The notes under the pieces: model-generated
Databases searched by the model: none
What the model was told of the DNA's origin: nothing
The model's input: the letters and a program-made list of their open reading frames with translations, nothing else
Made by a program: the position numbers and the translations under genes
Shown: in pieces, positions 62,492 to 64,000 of the stretch
How the letters are laid out: each line of letters starts with the position of its first letter
How positions within the stretch are numbered: the first letter of the stretch is position 1
NCBI GenBank assembly: GCA_050951545.1
Contig: JBMNJG010000011.1
Coordinates: 288,001 to 352,000 of the forward strand
Source: Limnochordia bacterium
GTDB taxonomy: Bacteria > Bacillota > Limnochordia > DTU080
DNA length: 64,000 nucleotides
Reading direction: 5' to 3'

Positions 62492-63865
62492 GTGATGAGC
62501 CAGGCAGCAGCCGTTAGCGAAGCATTGGCGTACTTGGCGGGATTGGCAAAATTCGGAATTCGTCCGACGCTCGAGCGCATGCGCGTGATGCTGGCAGCTT
62601 TGGATAGTCCTCATGCTCGGTACCCTGTGGTACACGTTGCAGGTACCAATGGCAAAGGATCAACGGCGCGCTTCATCGCTGGGGCTCTTCAGGAATCCGG
62701 GCTTCAGACGGGGCTGTTTACCTCGCCTCATCTCATGCGCTACAACGAGCGACTGATGATCCAGGGAGTTCCCATCTCAGATGACGAGCTGCTGTCTTTG
62801 GTAGACGAAGTGCGTCCTCTAGCGGAGGAGACTGCCCGTACAGTCGGACATCCGACAGAGTTTGAGATCACTACTGTCATGGCTTTCTCGTACTTTGCCC
62901 GGCGCGCGGTGGATGTGGCCGTCATTGAGGTGGGTATGGGGGGGACATGGGACTCAACGAACGTCGTTGATCCGTGCCTGAGTGTGATCACTCCTGTAGC
63001 GATGGACCATATGGATAGATTGGGTAGCACTCTTGCCGAGATTGCCGCGCAGAAGGCTGGAGTCATTAAGCCCGGTCGTCCAGTGGTGGTAGCCGCCCAA
63101 GACGACGAAGCTGCACAGGTGATAGTCGCCAGTGCGCGAGCTCAGCAATCTGCAGTGACCTGGGTATGCGAGGACGCGGGGGCGCCGAACGCTCTGTGCG
63201 ATAGTCGTTTTACGCCTATCGCCTGGGATCTCACGGGCGGCCGCTTCAATCTCGACAGCTATGGGCAGCGGTGGATGAATGTGCGAGTCGGTATGTTGGG
63301 GTATCACCAGATGGCCAACGCTGCTTTGGCCGCGGTGGCCTGTCAACGCTTGCAGCAGCTGGGTTTCCCTGTCTGTGAAGAACATGTGCGAACAGCTGCC
63401 AACTCAGTTCGCTGGCCGGGTCGGCTTGAGCTTTTGCAGGAGTCTCCCTGTCTACTGCTCGATGGGGCGCACAATGCCCAAGGCGCCCGAGCTTTGGCCA
63501 AGGCTCTTGGGCAGCTGTTTGCAGATCGGCGGAGAGTCTTGGTCTTGGGCATGATGGCCGAAAAACAGGTGGATGAGGTTCTTTCGGCTCTGTTGCCGGA
63601 AGCCTCTGCGGTGTACTGCACAGCGCCAGCCTCTAGCCGAACAGCCCCTCTGCTGCCTGCACACTTGGCCCAGCGCGTCAAGCGGGCGGCTGAGGAGCTG
63701 GGCCTGAAGAACAGGTTGGTCAGTGCGCGAGATGATGCGTGGTCAGCTGTGCAGCAGGCTCTCGGTGAATCAGGATCAGACGATGTGGTCTGCGTATGTG
63801 GTTCACTCTACCTCGTAGGGGAAGTACGAGGGGCTTGGGAGAGAGCAAACGCCGCAACGCTCTAG
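62492..63865 (+). CDS. folC: Folylpolyglutamate synthase/dihydrofolate synthase
   Basis: HVAGTNGKGS, FTSPHL, EVGMGG..DSTN, WPGRLE, LDGAHN, CGSLYLVGE. Confidence 0.97.
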   Translation: MMSQAAAVSEALAYLAGLAKFGIRPTLERMRVMLAALDSPHARYPVVHVAGTNGKGSTARFIAGALQESGLQTGLFTSPHLMRYNERLMIQGVPISDDELLSLVDEVRPLAEETARTVGHPTEFEITTVMAFSYFARRAVDVAVIEVGMGGTWDSTNVVDPCLSVITPVAMDHMDRLGSTLAEIAAQKAGVIKPGRPVVVAAQDDEAAQVIVASARAQQSAVTWVCEDAGAPNALCDSRFTPIAWDLTGGRFNLDSYGQRWMNVRVGMLGYHQMANAALAAVACQRLQQLGFPVCEEHVRTAANSVRWPGRLELLQESPCLLLDGAHNAQGARALAKALGQLFADRRRVLVLGMMAEKQVDEVLSALLPEASAVYCTAPASSRTAPLLPAHLAQRVKRAAEELGLKNRLVSARDDAWSAVQQALGESGSDDVVCVCGSLYLVGEVRGAWERANAATL

Positions 63866-63910
63866 AGGAGTACGCTTGGCGCGCGTGGTAATCTCCATTG
63901 AAAGCCAATG

Positions 63911-63958
63911 GGGAGTAGGCGTGGCCCGCCGACATGCCCGCACAACAACCACTGGAGG
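63911..63958 (+). promoter_or_regulatory. Recurrent leader motif, copy 3
   Basis: GGGAGTA-ggcgtggcccgccga-CATGCCCGCAC-aacAAC-cact-GGAGG. Confidence 0.55.
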
Positions 63959-63967
63959 CTGATCCAC

Positions 63968-64000
63968 TTGGCTAAAAAACGACGGGGGCGGCACAAGAAG
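63968..64000 (+). CDS. Start of next gene (MAKKRRGRHKK...), truncated by window
   Basis: GGAGG at 63954-63958, then TTG 63968 and an open frame to the window end. Confidence 0.45.
   Translation, partial: MAKKRRGRHKK

Overview
GC-rich chromosomal segment, probably from a Bacillota member. This is inferred from B. subtilis-like gene order (ctpA-minJ-uvrBAC-yvlD, tsaEB-rimI-tsaD, pcrA-ligA-gatCAB, valS-folC), a T-box, a CIRCE element and sigH-like promoters; three beta-barrel-like secreted proteins hint at a diderm, Limnochordia-like lineage. Most of the window is housekeeping. Four things stand out. (1) A ~3.0-kb insertion (56403-59450) between an lgt-like gene and the valS promoter, bounded by an exact 12-bp direct repeat. 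It has no recognisable transposase, integrase or RT, but carries ~2.7 tandem copies (plus one partial copy) of a 406-bp non-coding, hairpin-rich repeat and one gene for a tandem winged-HTH + Vsr/DUF559-like endonuclease. This is the best candidate for an undescribed mobile or RNA-associated nuclease system. (2) Apparent decay of glutamine-hydrolysing modules: GatA has lost its catalytic Lys and cis-Ser, the GuaA glutaminase domain is altered, and hisH/hisF are absent from the his cluster, while the partner synthetase modules look intact. (3) A triad of paralogous putative outer-membrane beta-barrel genes with sigH-like promoters and a large nested-stem leader. (4) A recurrent leader motif (GGGAGTA..CATGCCCGCAC..AAC) just upstream of the RBS of three unrelated genes. 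All family calls come from motif recognition by eye; no database searches were run.
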